41,071 bases of DNA, taken from NCBI GenBank assembly GCA_023425485.1, contig JAFACO010000351.1, positions 1-41,071 of the forward strand, given 5' to 3'. The DNA is from Bacillota bacterium. Its GTDB lineage: Bacteria; Bacillota; Clostridia; Lachnospirales; Lachnospiraceae. The notes beneath the pieces were generated by a model. It searched no databases, was not told where the DNA came from, and worked only from the letters and a program-made list of their open reading frames with translations. The translations under genes and the position numbers were made by a program. Positions within the stretch are counted from its first letter, which is position 1. Every line of letters starts with the position of its first letter. Below are positions 1 through 8,666 of the stretch, piece after piece.

Positions 1-887
1 GTGGTTAGCGATCCATCGTGCCCAGTATTCAGAGCCTGAAGCATATCAATTGCCGCTTCATTACGAACCTCACCAACGATAATTCGTGAAGGCCGCATTC
101 TGAGGGAAGTTTTAATTAGCTCACGTATTGTGATTTCATTACTTCCCTCCGAGTTCGCGTTCCTTACCTCCATCCGGACAAGATTTGGAATATTACGAAT
201 CTGAAGCTCTGCCGAATCTTCAATTGTAATAATTCTTTCGGTGGAGTGGATGTAATTAGAAAGAACATTTAGAAATGTTGTTTTACCTGAACCAGTTCCT
301 CCGCTAATTAATATATTATATCCTGCGATTACCAGAGTTTTAAGATAATCGGCAACCTCCAAAGATATTGCTTCCAGTTCAATCAGTCGTTCCATTGTAA
401 TAGGTTTATTGGGAAATTTTCTGATTGTAAGGGTTGGACCTTCCATAGATATGGGGGAGAGAACAATATTGACACGAGAACCGTCGGATAATCTGGCATC
501 AACAATTGGACTTGATTCATTAATAATACGGTTACAATGGGATACAATCTGCTGAATCACGTCCTCAAGCTTTTGCTGTGATTCAAAAGTTTTATCACTT
601 GAATAAATAGCCCCTTGTTTCTCAATAAAAATATTCTTTGGACCATTCACCATGATTTCTGTAATTTCTGGATCGTCAATTAAGTCCTGTAAAACATCTA
701 ACTTTCTAATAGAATTAAATATATCCCTTTTCAATTTCTGTTTATATGGGATACTTATGTATTCTTCTTTGGAGTAGCGAAGAAGAGTACGGTCGATCCT
801 TTCATAAATCTCTTCTTCTGAGGTTTCTCTGTGTAAATCTATTTCTTCCAGTACTTTTTCTCTTAATAACTCTTTTAGACTGTCCAC
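1..887 (-). CDS. cpaF: CpaF/TadA-family pilus assembly ATPase (3' end runs off the window)
   Basis: Not in the ORF track; translated by hand. GTG at 887 after a GGGGGGA RBS, Walker A SGGTGSGKTT, LRMRPSRIIVGEVR and DMLQALNTGHDGSLT motifs typical of TadA/CpaF; same frame at the window edge. Confidence 0.92.
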   Translation of the reverse strand, partial: MDSLKELLREKVLEEIDLHRETSEEEIYERIDRTLLRYSKEEYISIPYKQKLKRDIFNSIRKLDVLQDLIDDPEITEIMVNGPKNIFIEKQGAIYSSDKTFESQQKLEDVIQQIVSHCNRIINESSPIVDARLSDGSRVNIVLSPISMEGPTLTIRKFPNKPITMERLIELEAISLEVADYLKTLVIAGYNILISGGTGSGKTTFLNVLSNYIHSTERIITIEDSAELQIRNIPNLVRMEVRNANSEGSNEITIRELIKTSLRMRPSRIIVGEVRNEAAIDMLQALNTGHDGSLT

Positions 888-900
888 TCTATCCCCCCAA

Positions 901-1899
901 TCAGAAGTATTCTGCGAGTTTTTCCTTCGCATAGTTATAGGTTTCAGTTTGTGATAACTCGGATATGTTAAGTCCTAACTTCGTTAGAGCTTTATCTCCC
1001 TTTAACAATGGCCTTTCTAAGGAATTTAAGTTATTCTTACCATACAACAACATTTGATTAATAAATGCTTCCTGCTCCGTTTTCCTAATGAAATTAACTT
1101 CTTCAGGAAAAACAACTTTGTCACTTTGATTAATAATTTCAAAGGTGGCTTCACAATATCCAGATAAATAGAAGATTACATTATCATAATCAAAGTTATT
1201 CTTTAGCTCCTCCAACCAACGTTGTACATCATTTCTATTCAAAGAGATAAGGTCCATCCCGTGAGTAAGTCCGGATAAATACGTTAATTTACCGGTATAC
1301 TGTTCCAGTTCCTTAGTCTTACTCATAATGTTGTGATTTTCTTTTAGATAGTAAATAAATTCAGAGAGTGCATTTTCTGAAGCTTGGGGAATCTCTATTA
1401 GAGGTATCGGTAACAGCTCCAATAAAACTAGTAGAACTTTCCGATGTTCCGAAAGAAGAAGGCTACTTGACCAGGCATAGGCCAAAGCTTCAGCGCTTGG
1501 AGTTAAACTAAGAATACTAATAACCCGAACTTTTTCTGCAGGCATGATTGTTCTAGACTCATTTTTTTTCTTACTATAGTCTAAGAAAAGTTCCTCAATC
1601 ACTTTGTTAACAGATTGATATTTAAAAATACTGGTAACGTCTGTGATTAATAAGTTTATGTTTGATTGATGTACTAACCTGTAAATGTGCTTTATCTTTT
1701 CCTTCGGCAGATTATCTAAAGAAACATCTTCATCCGCTAATAAAAGCTCAATCTCTTGTGTACTTAAATACTCTTCAAGACTTTCTTTTTTAGTAAAAAG
1801 TAAGAATTCAAACATATAATCCTTCTTCTTTTTATAGTACTCCATAAAACGTGTCGCATAAAAAAGGTCAGAATCATAGAGGGCAAATATTTGTTCCAC
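901..1899 (-). CDS. Tad-locus accessory protein, CpaE/TadZ-like (receiver-like N-terminus plus degenerate MinD/ParA-like domain)
   Basis: 332-aa ORF with AGGAGG RBS directly upstream of cpaF; Walker A region degenerate; call rests largely on position. Confidence 0.55.
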   Translation of the reverse strand: MEQIFALYDSDLFYATRFMEYYKKKKDYMFEFLLFTKKESLEEYLSTQEIELLLADEDVSLDNLPKEKIKHIYRLVHQSNINLLITDVTSIFKYQSVNKVIEELFLDYSKKKNESRTIMPAEKVRVISILSLTPSAEALAYAWSSSLLLSEHRKVLLVLLELLPIPLIEIPQASENALSEFIYYLKENHNIMSKTKELEQYTGKLTYLSGLTHGMDLISLNRNDVQRWLEELKNNFDYDNVIFYLSGYCEATFEIINQSDKVVFPEEVNFIRKTEQEAFINQMLLYGKNNLNSLERPLLKGDKALTKLGLNISELSQTETYNYAKEKLAEYF

Positions 1900-2031
1900 T
1901 TAGGAATCCTCCTGATCATGTTAATCTACTGGGGAATAATAATACCGATATCATGAATAATAATTGAAGCTCCTGCTCTTAGAACAGGTAAGAAAAATAG
2001 AATTGAATCAAATGATATTTAACATGTAAAT

Positions 2032-2060
2032 ATATTACAATGATTAGCGTTTATTGTCAA
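2032..2060 (-). promoter_or_regulatory. Putative sigmaA promoter of the tad operon
   Basis: TTGACA-17 bp-TAATAT on the minus strand. Confidence 0.5.
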
Positions 2061-2163
2061 TCCTTGTAACTTGAAATTTTTATCTTTCGTGCTTTTACAC
2101 AATATTTTGTGTATAGATTGATAATATTGCACAATAGAAGGTGTAGTTATAAACTTAATTCAT

Positions 2164-2194
2164 AAAAAACCCTTCAAATCAAATTTGAAGGGTT
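2164..2194 (-). terminator. Rho-independent terminator after hypB
   Basis: AACCCTTCAAAT/ATTTGAAGGGTT inverted repeat with a T-run on the minus strand. Confidence 0.8.
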
Positions 2195-2216
2195 ACTGTA
2201 ATTACCAACATGTAAA

Positions 2217-2888
2217 CTATTTACTATTCCAATCAGCTACTTCCTTACGAAGCCAATCGCACCAATCCTCTATACCTTGTCCATTTCTGGCTGAAATCTC
2301 AAAGATTGCTACCTCCGGGTTTAGTTTGTATACTCGTTCTTTAACCGCCTCAACATCAAATTCAAAGTAGTCCAGACAGTCAATTTTATTAATTAAAACA
2401 GCATCTACATTTGAAAACATCAAAGGATACTTTAGTGGTTTATCATCTCCCTCAGGCACACTTAATATCATTGCACTTTTGGAAGCACCTGTATCAAACT
2501 CCGCAGGACAAACAAGGTTCCCTACGTTTTCAAGTACTACAAAATCGTAGTTTTCTGACCCAAGAGCTTCTAGTCCCTGCCTCGTCATGCCAGCATCCAG
2601 ATGACACATACCTCCGGTATGAACCTGAATAGCGGGAATCTGTGCTTCTAACATTCTTTCTGCATCCACTGCGGAATCAATATCAGCTTCCATTACACCG
2701 ATTTTCATCTCATCTATTAGCCTTGATAATGTATTAATCAGTGTAGTAGTTTTACCTGCTCCAGGCGAAGACATAAGATTTAATAAGAAGGTTTTCTGCT
2801 CTTTCAGTTCCTGTCTTAATTTATTGGCTTCCAAATCATTGTCCGCATAGACACTTTCTTTAATTGTAATAATCTTTAATTGCTCCAT
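2217..2888 (-). CDS. hypB: Nickel-insertion GTPase HypB
   Basis: SSPGAGKTT P-loop, GMCHL metal site, ENVGNLVCPAEFDTG, EGDDKPLKYP and NKID motifs; no His-rich or N-terminal CxxCGC region. Confidence 0.95.
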   Translation of the reverse strand: MEQLKIITIKESVYADNDLEANKLRQELKEQKTFLLNLMSSPGAGKTTTLINTLSRLIDEMKIGVMEADIDSAVDAERMLEAQIPAIQVHTGGMCHLDAGMTRQGLEALGSENYDFVVLENVGNLVCPAEFDTGASKSAMILSVPEGDDKPLKYPLMFSNVDAVLINKIDCLDYFEFDVEAVKERVYKLNPEVAIFEISARNGQGIEDWCDWLRKEVADWNSK

Positions 2889-2913
2889 ACCAATCTCCCG
2901 TCTAATATAATTT

Positions 2914-3090
2914 ATAACTGTTCAGAACCAAGCAGAATATTTAATAAATTAGCCATGAAAGCTTGCTTTCTAAGGATAATTTTTAATACAAGTGAAACGA
3001 TAAATCGTTTCACTTGTCATGTATTCAAGTTTGGTGAGAGCCAAACAGCGAGGAAACCATTGGTTTTCGAGCTTGGTTCTGAATAGTTAC
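2914..3090. mobile_element. MITE copy 1 (177 bp), IS66-like ends
   Basis: 20-bp terminal inverted repeats (ATAACTGTTCAGAACCAAGC / GCTTGGTTCTGAATAGTTAC) flanked by an exact 8-bp duplication TATAATTT (2906-2913, 3091-3098); internal palindromes; homologous to 7816-7955 and 17724-17786. Confidence 0.8.
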
Positions 3091-3161
3091 TATAATTTTG
3101 TAATATGAGACTAGCGTAAATAAAGCCTTAACATTTTTACACTTAATCCCATTCTTTGTAA

Positions 3162-3204
3162 AAGGGTCATTGCAAACAAAACCTATTTATTTGCAACAAC
3201 CCTT
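3162..3204 (-). terminator. Putative terminator after the DUF5692-like gene
   Basis: AAGGGTcaTTGCAAA...TTTGCAAcaACCCTT imperfect hairpin. Confidence 0.55.
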
Positions 3205-3215
3205 ATATGTATTAT

Positions 3216-4133
3216 TTAACGATCCGCTGCAGCTACCTCATACTCATGAGTGCCTTTGTAGATTTCTTCTTTTAATGGATTAGTGTGATACTTCTTCATA
3301 CGATAGATCTGATATACCAATACTGACACATTAATAATGATTGATAGCACAGATACGGTTAACCATGCTGCTGGTTTATGAGATGCATCTACGGAGAATT
3401 TAGAATCACTTACAAAAGATGGTACGCTCATGGTAAACATCATCCAAAATGCAAGGGTCTGTGCTCTGTGTTCCAGCCATGCACCTTTCTTCATAACGAA
3501 ATGTGCTATTGTACAGGAAGCCAGGAGTGCTGCACCAGCATAGAAGGAATGATCGGATACACAGTTATATACATAAGCAAAGTTCCAGATGTCATAAGCA
3601 ATAATCCAAGGCCAAATCATATCTGGCCACATCATATCATTGCCACGTTTCTTGCTAACATAGATACCCATCCAACCGGTAATTGTAATAATATTGATTA
3701 AACCAGCAATACCGTTTAGAAGATTCCAAGGTCCTGATACCATCATAACACCATCCACGATACCATTTGCTTTCATGCCAAATACCTGGAAGTCACGAAT
3801 TACTGCTTCAAGAATATTAAATGCCAAGATAAATGGTGGGAACATGAGCCAATATTTATTACGGCATTTTGGGATAAAACGAATTGCCATAAATCCTAGG
3901 CAGCCTGCAAGTGCAGAATATACCTTTACCCAATGGAACCAGGTTCCAGTACTGGAATCTGCTCCGGAAGTGTTTGGCCACACAAAAATAGTTAGTACTG
4001 CCGGTACAGCAATGAAAAGTACCAGTGATATCCATTTATTAAGTCTGGCAAGTTCATTTAACGCAATCAGACCTAAAGTTACACCGATCCACATTAAAAT
4101 TGTGCCAACTGATAAGGTTTCAAATAAAAACAT
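3216..4133 (-). CDS. Multi-pass membrane protein, DUF5692-like
   Basis: 305 aa with many hydrophobic segments; TWFHWVKVYSAL, NILEAVIRDF, WIIAYDIWNFAYVYNC and WLEHRAQTL motifs recalled from DUF5692 proteins. Confidence 0.7.
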   Translation of the reverse strand: MFLFETLSVGTILMWIGVTLGLIALNELARLNKWISLVLFIAVPAVLTIFVWPNTSGADSSTGTWFHWVKVYSALAGCLGFMAIRFIPKCRNKYWLMFPPFILAFNILEAVIRDFQVFGMKANGIVDGVMMVSGPWNLLNGIAGLINIITITGWMGIYVSKKRGNDMMWPDMIWPWIIAYDIWNFAYVYNCVSDHSFYAGAALLASCTIAHFVMKKGAWLEHRAQTLAFWMMFTMSVPSFVSDSKFSVDASHKPAAWLTVSVLSIIINVSVLVYQIYRMKKYHTNPLKEEIYKGTHEYEVAAADR

Positions 4134-4176
4134 AATACCCTCCTCAAAAATTTTGTTGTTTGTTGTTACTAATTAA

Positions 4177-4204
4177 ATTATACCATTTATAGCTACATTG
4201 TCAA
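4177..4204 (-). promoter_or_regulatory. sigmaA promoter for the DUF5692-like gene
   Basis: TTGACA-16 bp-TATAAT with extended -10 TG. Confidence 0.75.
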
Positions 4205-4205
4205 C

Positions 4206-4234
4206 TTGTTAACAAACAAAATGTGTGTTATAAT
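4206..4234 (+). promoter_or_regulatory. sigmaA promoter for the FadR-family regulator (back-to-back with the previous promoter)
   Basis: TTGTTA-17 bp-TATAAT with extended -10 TG. Confidence 0.7.
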
Positions 4235-4243
4235 CAAACTGGT

Positions 4244-4260
4244 ATCTGGTTAGACCAGAT
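4244..4260. promoter_or_regulatory. FadR/GntR-type operator
   Basis: Palindrome ATCTGGT-TAG-ACCAGAT matching the FadR-subfamily TGGT-N3-ACCA core, just downstream of the -10 box. Confidence 0.75.
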
Positions 4261-4277
4261 TAATTTGGAGGAATGAT

Positions 4278-4985
4278 ATGAAATTTAATGAAATAATATC
4301 CCCTTCCCTGAAAGAGCTGTTCATTCAGGAAATCGAAAACAGTATACTCTCCGGAAAATTAGAGATTGGAGAGCAACTCCCTTCCGAGCGCGAGTTGGCA
4401 CAGAGCATGAAGGTCAGCCGTGCTGTGGTTAATGCAGGTATAAAAGAAATGGCATTGAAAGGTTTTTTAGAAATCAAGCCTCGCTCTGGAACCTATGTGG
4501 CAGACTATCGACGTAGTGGTACCATTGATACCCTGCTCTCTATTATGAAATATAATGGCGGGCAACTAAAGCGTGAGGATGTCCGTTCCATCCTAGAACT
4601 TAAGGTAGTCTTAGATACTCTTGGTGCAGAATTATTCCTTGAAAAAAATAAGGAAAGTGACTTAAAAACCCTGGAAAACAGGCTTATTAATTTGAGAGAA
4701 GCCCCGACGAAAGAATTAATAATAGATAATTAATTTGAGTTTTATCAGGAACTTATGCTGTTATCCGGCAACACTTTATTACCTTTAATCTATTATTCTT
4801 TTCGTAAACCAGTGCTGAGTCTTCTTGATCGCTATAGTAGAAAGCATGGAACTGAACATTTAATACAAACTGCTCAGCATCTTTTTGATGCATTAAAAAG
4901 TCAGGATCTAGATAATGCTAAGCGCTGTATCAAAGAAAGAATTGGAGAAGCTATCACAGGTTCAAAAGAAATCTATAATGAATAA
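4278..4985 (+). pseudogene. FadR/GntR-family transcriptional regulator interrupted by one in-frame stop (TAA 4731-4733)
   Basis: wHTH motif LPSERELAQSMKVSRAVV; ORFs 4278-4733 and 4755-4985 share a frame: GAT AAT TAA TTT GAG TTT TAT CAG GAA CTT ATG continues into the FCD-like SGNTLL segment. Confidence 0.85.
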
Positions 4986-4989
4986 AATG

Positions 4990-5046
4990 TGGTCATACCA
5001 GTTTATCATTTTTAACTGTTTTTCTAAAATTGGTCCTGGTTTGACC
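4990..5046. promoter_or_regulatory. Two further FadR-like operator candidates upstream of the oxidoreductase
   Basis: TGGT-CAT-ACCA at 4990-5000; TGGTcCTGGT-TTG-ACC at 5031-5046 resembling TGGTatCTGGT-TAG-ACC at 4240-4256. Confidence 0.55.
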
Positions 5047-5126
5047 TTGGGAATAACTGTTACCTAAACATAGTCTATAATAATTTGTTAAAATAAAAAC
5101 AAACTTTTAGTAAATGGAGGATATTT

Positions 5127-7811
5127 ATGGTAAACGAAAAGATTTTAGATCTGGCAAATCACATTAGCCGAAAAAAGAGAGGGACCAAAAGTGAGATAAA
5201 GGCTACTGACCCCGAGTATCTCATTTTAGAACCTGTTGTGACTGATGCTATGGCAGATGCAGCAATGCATATGGTAATTCGCACAAAATATACCGCAGAG
5301 TCACTGGCACCTCTTTGCGGGATGACTGTGGAAGAGACTGCGAAGCAATTATATGAATTGGCAGAAGTAGGCGTTTGTTTCGTTAATGAGATTGATGGAG
5401 TTGACCATTTCTGGTATGACACCTGGGTACCAGGCATTATGGAGATGATGGCAGGTCACAAAGAAAACGTTGCAAAATACCCCCAGATAACACAAGCCTT
5501 TGAAGCTTACGGACGTGTCCGTGGTCCAATGAGTGCCGGCAGCTTCCCGGTTGGTGTTGGACTTATGCGTGTTATTCCCATTGAAAGCGCAATTGACGGC
5601 AACTCTCGTCGTGCCAGCTATGAAGAAATATCCAAGTACTTAAACGAAAATACTATATTTACTGTATCTGATTGCTCCTGTCGTACCGTTCGTGAAGAAA
5701 TGGGTGAAGGCTGTGGCCATTTGAAAGAAGATATGTGTATTCAGATGGGTCATGCAGCTGAATACTATATTCGAACCGGGAGAGGCAGACAAATAACCCG
5801 GGAAGAGGCTTTTGAGATTATTGACCGAGCTGAGGAAAATGGTTTAATGCATCAAATTCCTAACCTTGACGGTTCGGGACATACCCATGCGATCTGCAAT
5901 TGCTGTGGTTGTTCCTGCCTATCACTGCGCTCTGCAGGAATGTTCTATAATGGCGATATGGTACGTTCCAATTATGTTGCTAAGGTTGATAAGAACAAAT
6001 GCGTGGCTTGTGGTGAGTGTGTGGAAAACTGTCCCGTAAATGCTCTTCAGCTGGGACAAAAAGTATGCTCAAGCACTAAGATTATAGAAGACATTACAAA
6101 AAAGGAAACTCCAAGAGATACCGAATGGGGTCCAGAAAATTGGAATGTAGATTACCGTTATAACCGTAAAAATGTTGTCGAAACCGGTACCAGTCCCTGC
6201 AAGACAGAATGTCCGGCTCACATAGCAGTTCAGGGATATATCAAACTTGCTGCACAGGGTCGTTATACAGACGCTCTTGCTCTAATTAAGAAGAACAATC
6301 CATTTCCAGCAGTTTGCGGCCGTATTTGTCCGCATGGCTGTGAGTCAGCTTGTACGCGCGGGGAACTTGATGAGCCAATTGCAATTGATGAAATAAAGAA
6401 ATTTATAGCACAACAAGACTTGGATGCTGATAATCGATATGTTCCCAAAAAACGTCATGCATATGGCAAAAGGATTGCTGTTGTTGGTGCCGGACCTTCT
6501 GGTTTATCCTGTGCTTATTACCTTGCACTTGACGGTTATGAGGTTACAGTTTTTGAAAAGCAGAAAGTTCTAGGCGGAATGTTAACTACTGGAATTCCAA
6601 CCTTCCGGTTAGAAAAAGACGTTATCAATGCTGAAATTGATATTTTAAGAGAAATGGGTGTGCAATTTAAAACAGGCATTGAGATTGGACGAGACAAAAC
6701 CATTCAAGACTTAAGATCAGAAGGTTATAAAGCCTTTTATCTTGCTATTGGTGCTCAAGGTGGCCGTAAACTTGGTGTAGAAGGAGAGAATGCCCCTGAA
6801 GTTATCTCAGGTATCTCGTTCCTTCGTGATGTTAACACTGATACTCCATCACCAGTAAGCGGCAAGGTTATTGTAATTGGTGGTGGAAATGTTGCCATAG
6901 ACGTTGCCAGAACCGCTGCTCGACTTCCAGTTACCTCTGTATCCTTATACAGCCTTGAATCCAGAAGTGAAATGCCTGCGCTTTCAGAAGAAATAGAGGA
7001 AGCGCTGCAAGAAGAAATTTCTATACATAATTCTTGGGGACCAAAGCGAATTATTATTGAAAATGGTAGAGTAACTGGTGTAGAATTTAAAAAATGTATC
7101 TCTGTATTTGATGAAAACCAACGATTTAATCCTGTATTTGATGAGAATCAAATTATGTTTGTATCTGCTGACTATGTTCTGCTTTCCATTGGGCAAAGTA
7201 TAGAGAGCAGTGATCTCCTTCTTAATACTGTAATAGAGCGCAATCCAAATGGAACCATAAAAGCAGATTATGTTACATTACAAACCAGTGAACCAGATAT
7301 ATTTGTCGGTGGTGATGCCTTTACCGGTCCGAAATACGCCATCCATGCAATTGCTGCTGGTAAGGAAGGTGCTATTTCTATTCATCGCTTTGTCAACCGT
7401 GGTCAAAGTTTAACCATTGGTCGAGACCGTAAAGAGTACCGTTCACTTGATAAGAAGAATGTATTGCTGGATAGCTATGACACTATGCCAAGACAAACCA
7501 CTAAGCATGAAAGCCATACTTCCTCTATTAAATCCTTCCATGACCCTCGCCTTACCTTTACAAAAGAGCAGGTTATGAAAGAAACTGAACGTTGTTTAGG
7601 CTGTGGTGTTACTATTGTCGATGAATATTCCTGCGTAGGTTGTGGTCAATGTACAACAAAATGTAAGTTTGATGCTATTACTTTAGAACGTAGATATGAT
7701 GGCGAAGGTGTTCGCCTGGAAGATCTGAAACCTGTGGTAATTAAAAATATTCTTAAGCGCAAGGTAAGAATTACCACCAAAAAAGTCAAAAAACTTTTTC
7801 TAATAAAATAA
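5127..7811 (+). CDS. Multi-Fe-S, FAD/NAD(P)-dependent oxidoreductase (GltD/DPD-like core, Cys-rich N-terminal domain, ferredoxin modules)
   Basis: N-terminal CSCR..GCGH..DMC..HAICNCCGCSC; CVACGECVENCP; CKTECP..CGRICPHGCESAC; GAGPSG (FAD) and GGGNVA (NAD(P)H); C-terminal RCLGCG..CVGCGQCTTKC. Confidence 0.85.
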   Translation: MVNEKILDLANHISRKKRGTKSEIKATDPEYLILEPVVTDAMADAAMHMVIRTKYTAESLAPLCGMTVEETAKQLYELAEVGVCFVNEIDGVDHFWYDTWVPGIMEMMAGHKENVAKYPQITQAFEAYGRVRGPMSAGSFPVGVGLMRVIPIESAIDGNSRRASYEEISKYLNENTIFTVSDCSCRTVREEMGEGCGHLKEDMCIQMGHAAEYYIRTGRGRQITREEAFEIIDRAEENGLMHQIPNLDGSGHTHAICNCCGCSCLSLRSAGMFYNGDMVRSNYVAKVDKNKCVACGECVENCPVNALQLGQKVCSSTKIIEDITKKETPRDTEWGPENWNVDYRYNRKNVVETGTSPCKTECPAHIAVQGYIKLAAQGRYTDALALIKKNNPFPAVCGRICPHGCESACTRGELDEPIAIDEIKKFIAQQDLDADNRYVPKKRHAYGKRIAVVGAGPSGLSCAYYLALDGYEVTVFEKQKVLGGMLTTGIPTFRLEKDVINAEIDILREMGVQFKTGIEIGRDKTIQDLRSEGYKAFYLAIGAQGGRKLGVEGENAPEVISGISFLRDVNTDTPSPVSGKVIVIGGGNVAIDVARTAARLPVTSVSLYSLESRSEMPALSEEIEEALQEEISIHNSWGPKRIIIENGRVTGVEFKKCISVFDENQRFNPVFDENQIMFVSADYVLLSIGQSIESSDLLLNTVIERNPNGTIKADYVTLQTSEPDIFVGGDAFTGPKYAIHAIAAGKEGAISIHRFVNRGQSLTIGRDRKEYRSLDKKNVLLDSYDTMPRQTTKHESHTSSIKSFHDPRLTFTKEQVMKETERCLGCGVTIVDEYSCVGCGQCTTKCKFDAITLERRYDGEGVRLEDLKPVVIKNILKRKVRITTKKVKKLFLIK

Positions 7812-7815
7812 CTAC

Positions 7816-7955
7816 TTAACTAATCCGAACCAAGCTCGAAAACCTACGGTTTTCCTGCTGTTTGGCTTTCGCCAAACAAAAATATGAAAAATATCCTTAG
7901 AAAGCAAGCTTTCCTGGATAATTTTCATATCTTTTACTTGGTTCTTGACAGTAAC
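7816..7955. mobile_element. MITE copy 2 (about 140 bp), inverted relative to copy 1
   Basis: Shares GAACCAAGCTCGAAAACC, GCTGTTTGGCT, CCAAAC, TATCCTTAGAAAGCAAGCTTTC and CTTGGTTCT with the reverse complement of copy 1; AACTACT repeated on both flanks. Confidence 0.78.
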
Positions 7956-7979
7956 AAACTACTACCGAGAGGTGATATT

Positions 7980-8318
7980 ATGCACGAACTAGGCATTATG
8001 ATACATATTGTAGAAAAAGTGTCCGCACTGGCAGATCAAAATAAATTGCAGGAAATTCAAAGCTTAGTTCTTCAAGTAGGTGAACTATCACCAGTTGTTC
8101 CTCATTTCTTAGAAGCATGTTATCCCGCTGCAGTGGATGGTACTATACTTGAGAAAACAGAATTAAAAATAGAAGTTTTAAAGGCAAGTGCACGTTGTCT
8201 TCAATGTGATACTATTTACCCTCCTGTAGAACATAAAACATGCCCTAACTGTAACAGTAAAGAGTTAACCATTGTGGGCGGACGGGAATTTTTAATCAAA
8301 GAAATTATAGGTTATTAA
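7980..8318 (+). CDS. hypA: Nickel metallochaperone HypA
   Basis: N-terminal MHE Ni-binding motif at ATG 7980 (RBS GAGGTG), VGELS, two CxxC Zn motifs (CLQC, CPNC), GGREF; the longer ORF from 7884 merely reads through the MITE. Confidence 0.95.
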   Translation: MHELGIMIHIVEKVSALADQNKLQEIQSLVLQVGELSPVVPHFLEACYPAAVDGTILEKTELKIEVLKASARCLQCDTIYPPVEHKTCPNCNSKELTIVGGREFLIKEIIGY

Positions 8319-8323
8319 TCACT

Positions 8324-8366
8324 AAAATAGGCAGTCCTGCATAACTTAGCAGAACTGCCTATTTTT
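8324..8366. terminator. Bidirectional terminator between hypA and bofA
   Basis: AAAATAGGCAGT...ACTGCCTATTTT. Confidence 0.85.
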
Positions 8367-8396
8367 ATATTTAAATCCTCCCTGTGTAGGAATCCT

Positions 8397-8666
8397 CTAA
8401 TAAGAATAATAGATAGCTAACCCATACAGCAGCAAAAATCCAGGAAGACCCAAGAGTCCATTTGTAAGCACACTAATACTATTAATTCCCACATCAAATC
8501 CATATCCATAACTTCTTAATACCAAATCCAATAAGTAGATACCTGCTGTACCAATAAAAGCTCGTAGTAGAAAATCAATCAGCATTGCAGGTCTCTTTTT
8601 TATAAGACATACTCCAATAAAAATAATACAGCCTACAATTATCGTCATTAATATAATATTGTCCAT
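8397..8666 (-). CDS. bofA: Pro-sigmaK processing inhibitor BofA family protein
   Basis: 89-aa hydrophobic protein with GINxxxxLxxGLLGLPG signature, adjacent to a yaaL-like gene. Confidence 0.8.
   Translation of the reverse strand: MDNIILMTIIVGCIIFIGVCLIKKRPAMLIDFLLRAFIGTAGIYLLDLVLRSYGYGFDVGINSISVLTNGLLGLPGFLLLYGLAIYYSY

Noticed and set aside
1926..2010. Short hydrophobic minus-strand frame upstream of the tad genes, possible prepilin peptidase remnant
   Set aside because: No start codon and no GxGD motif; too short to support
4731..4733. Programmed readthrough (Sec/Pyl) in the FadR gene
   Set aside because: The stop is TAA, not TGA or TAG, and no recoding hairpin is evident
7884..7979. N-terminal extension of HypA, and ORFs 2880-3086 and 17724-17966
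   Set aside because: Read-through of MITE sequence; HypA needs its MHE N-terminus
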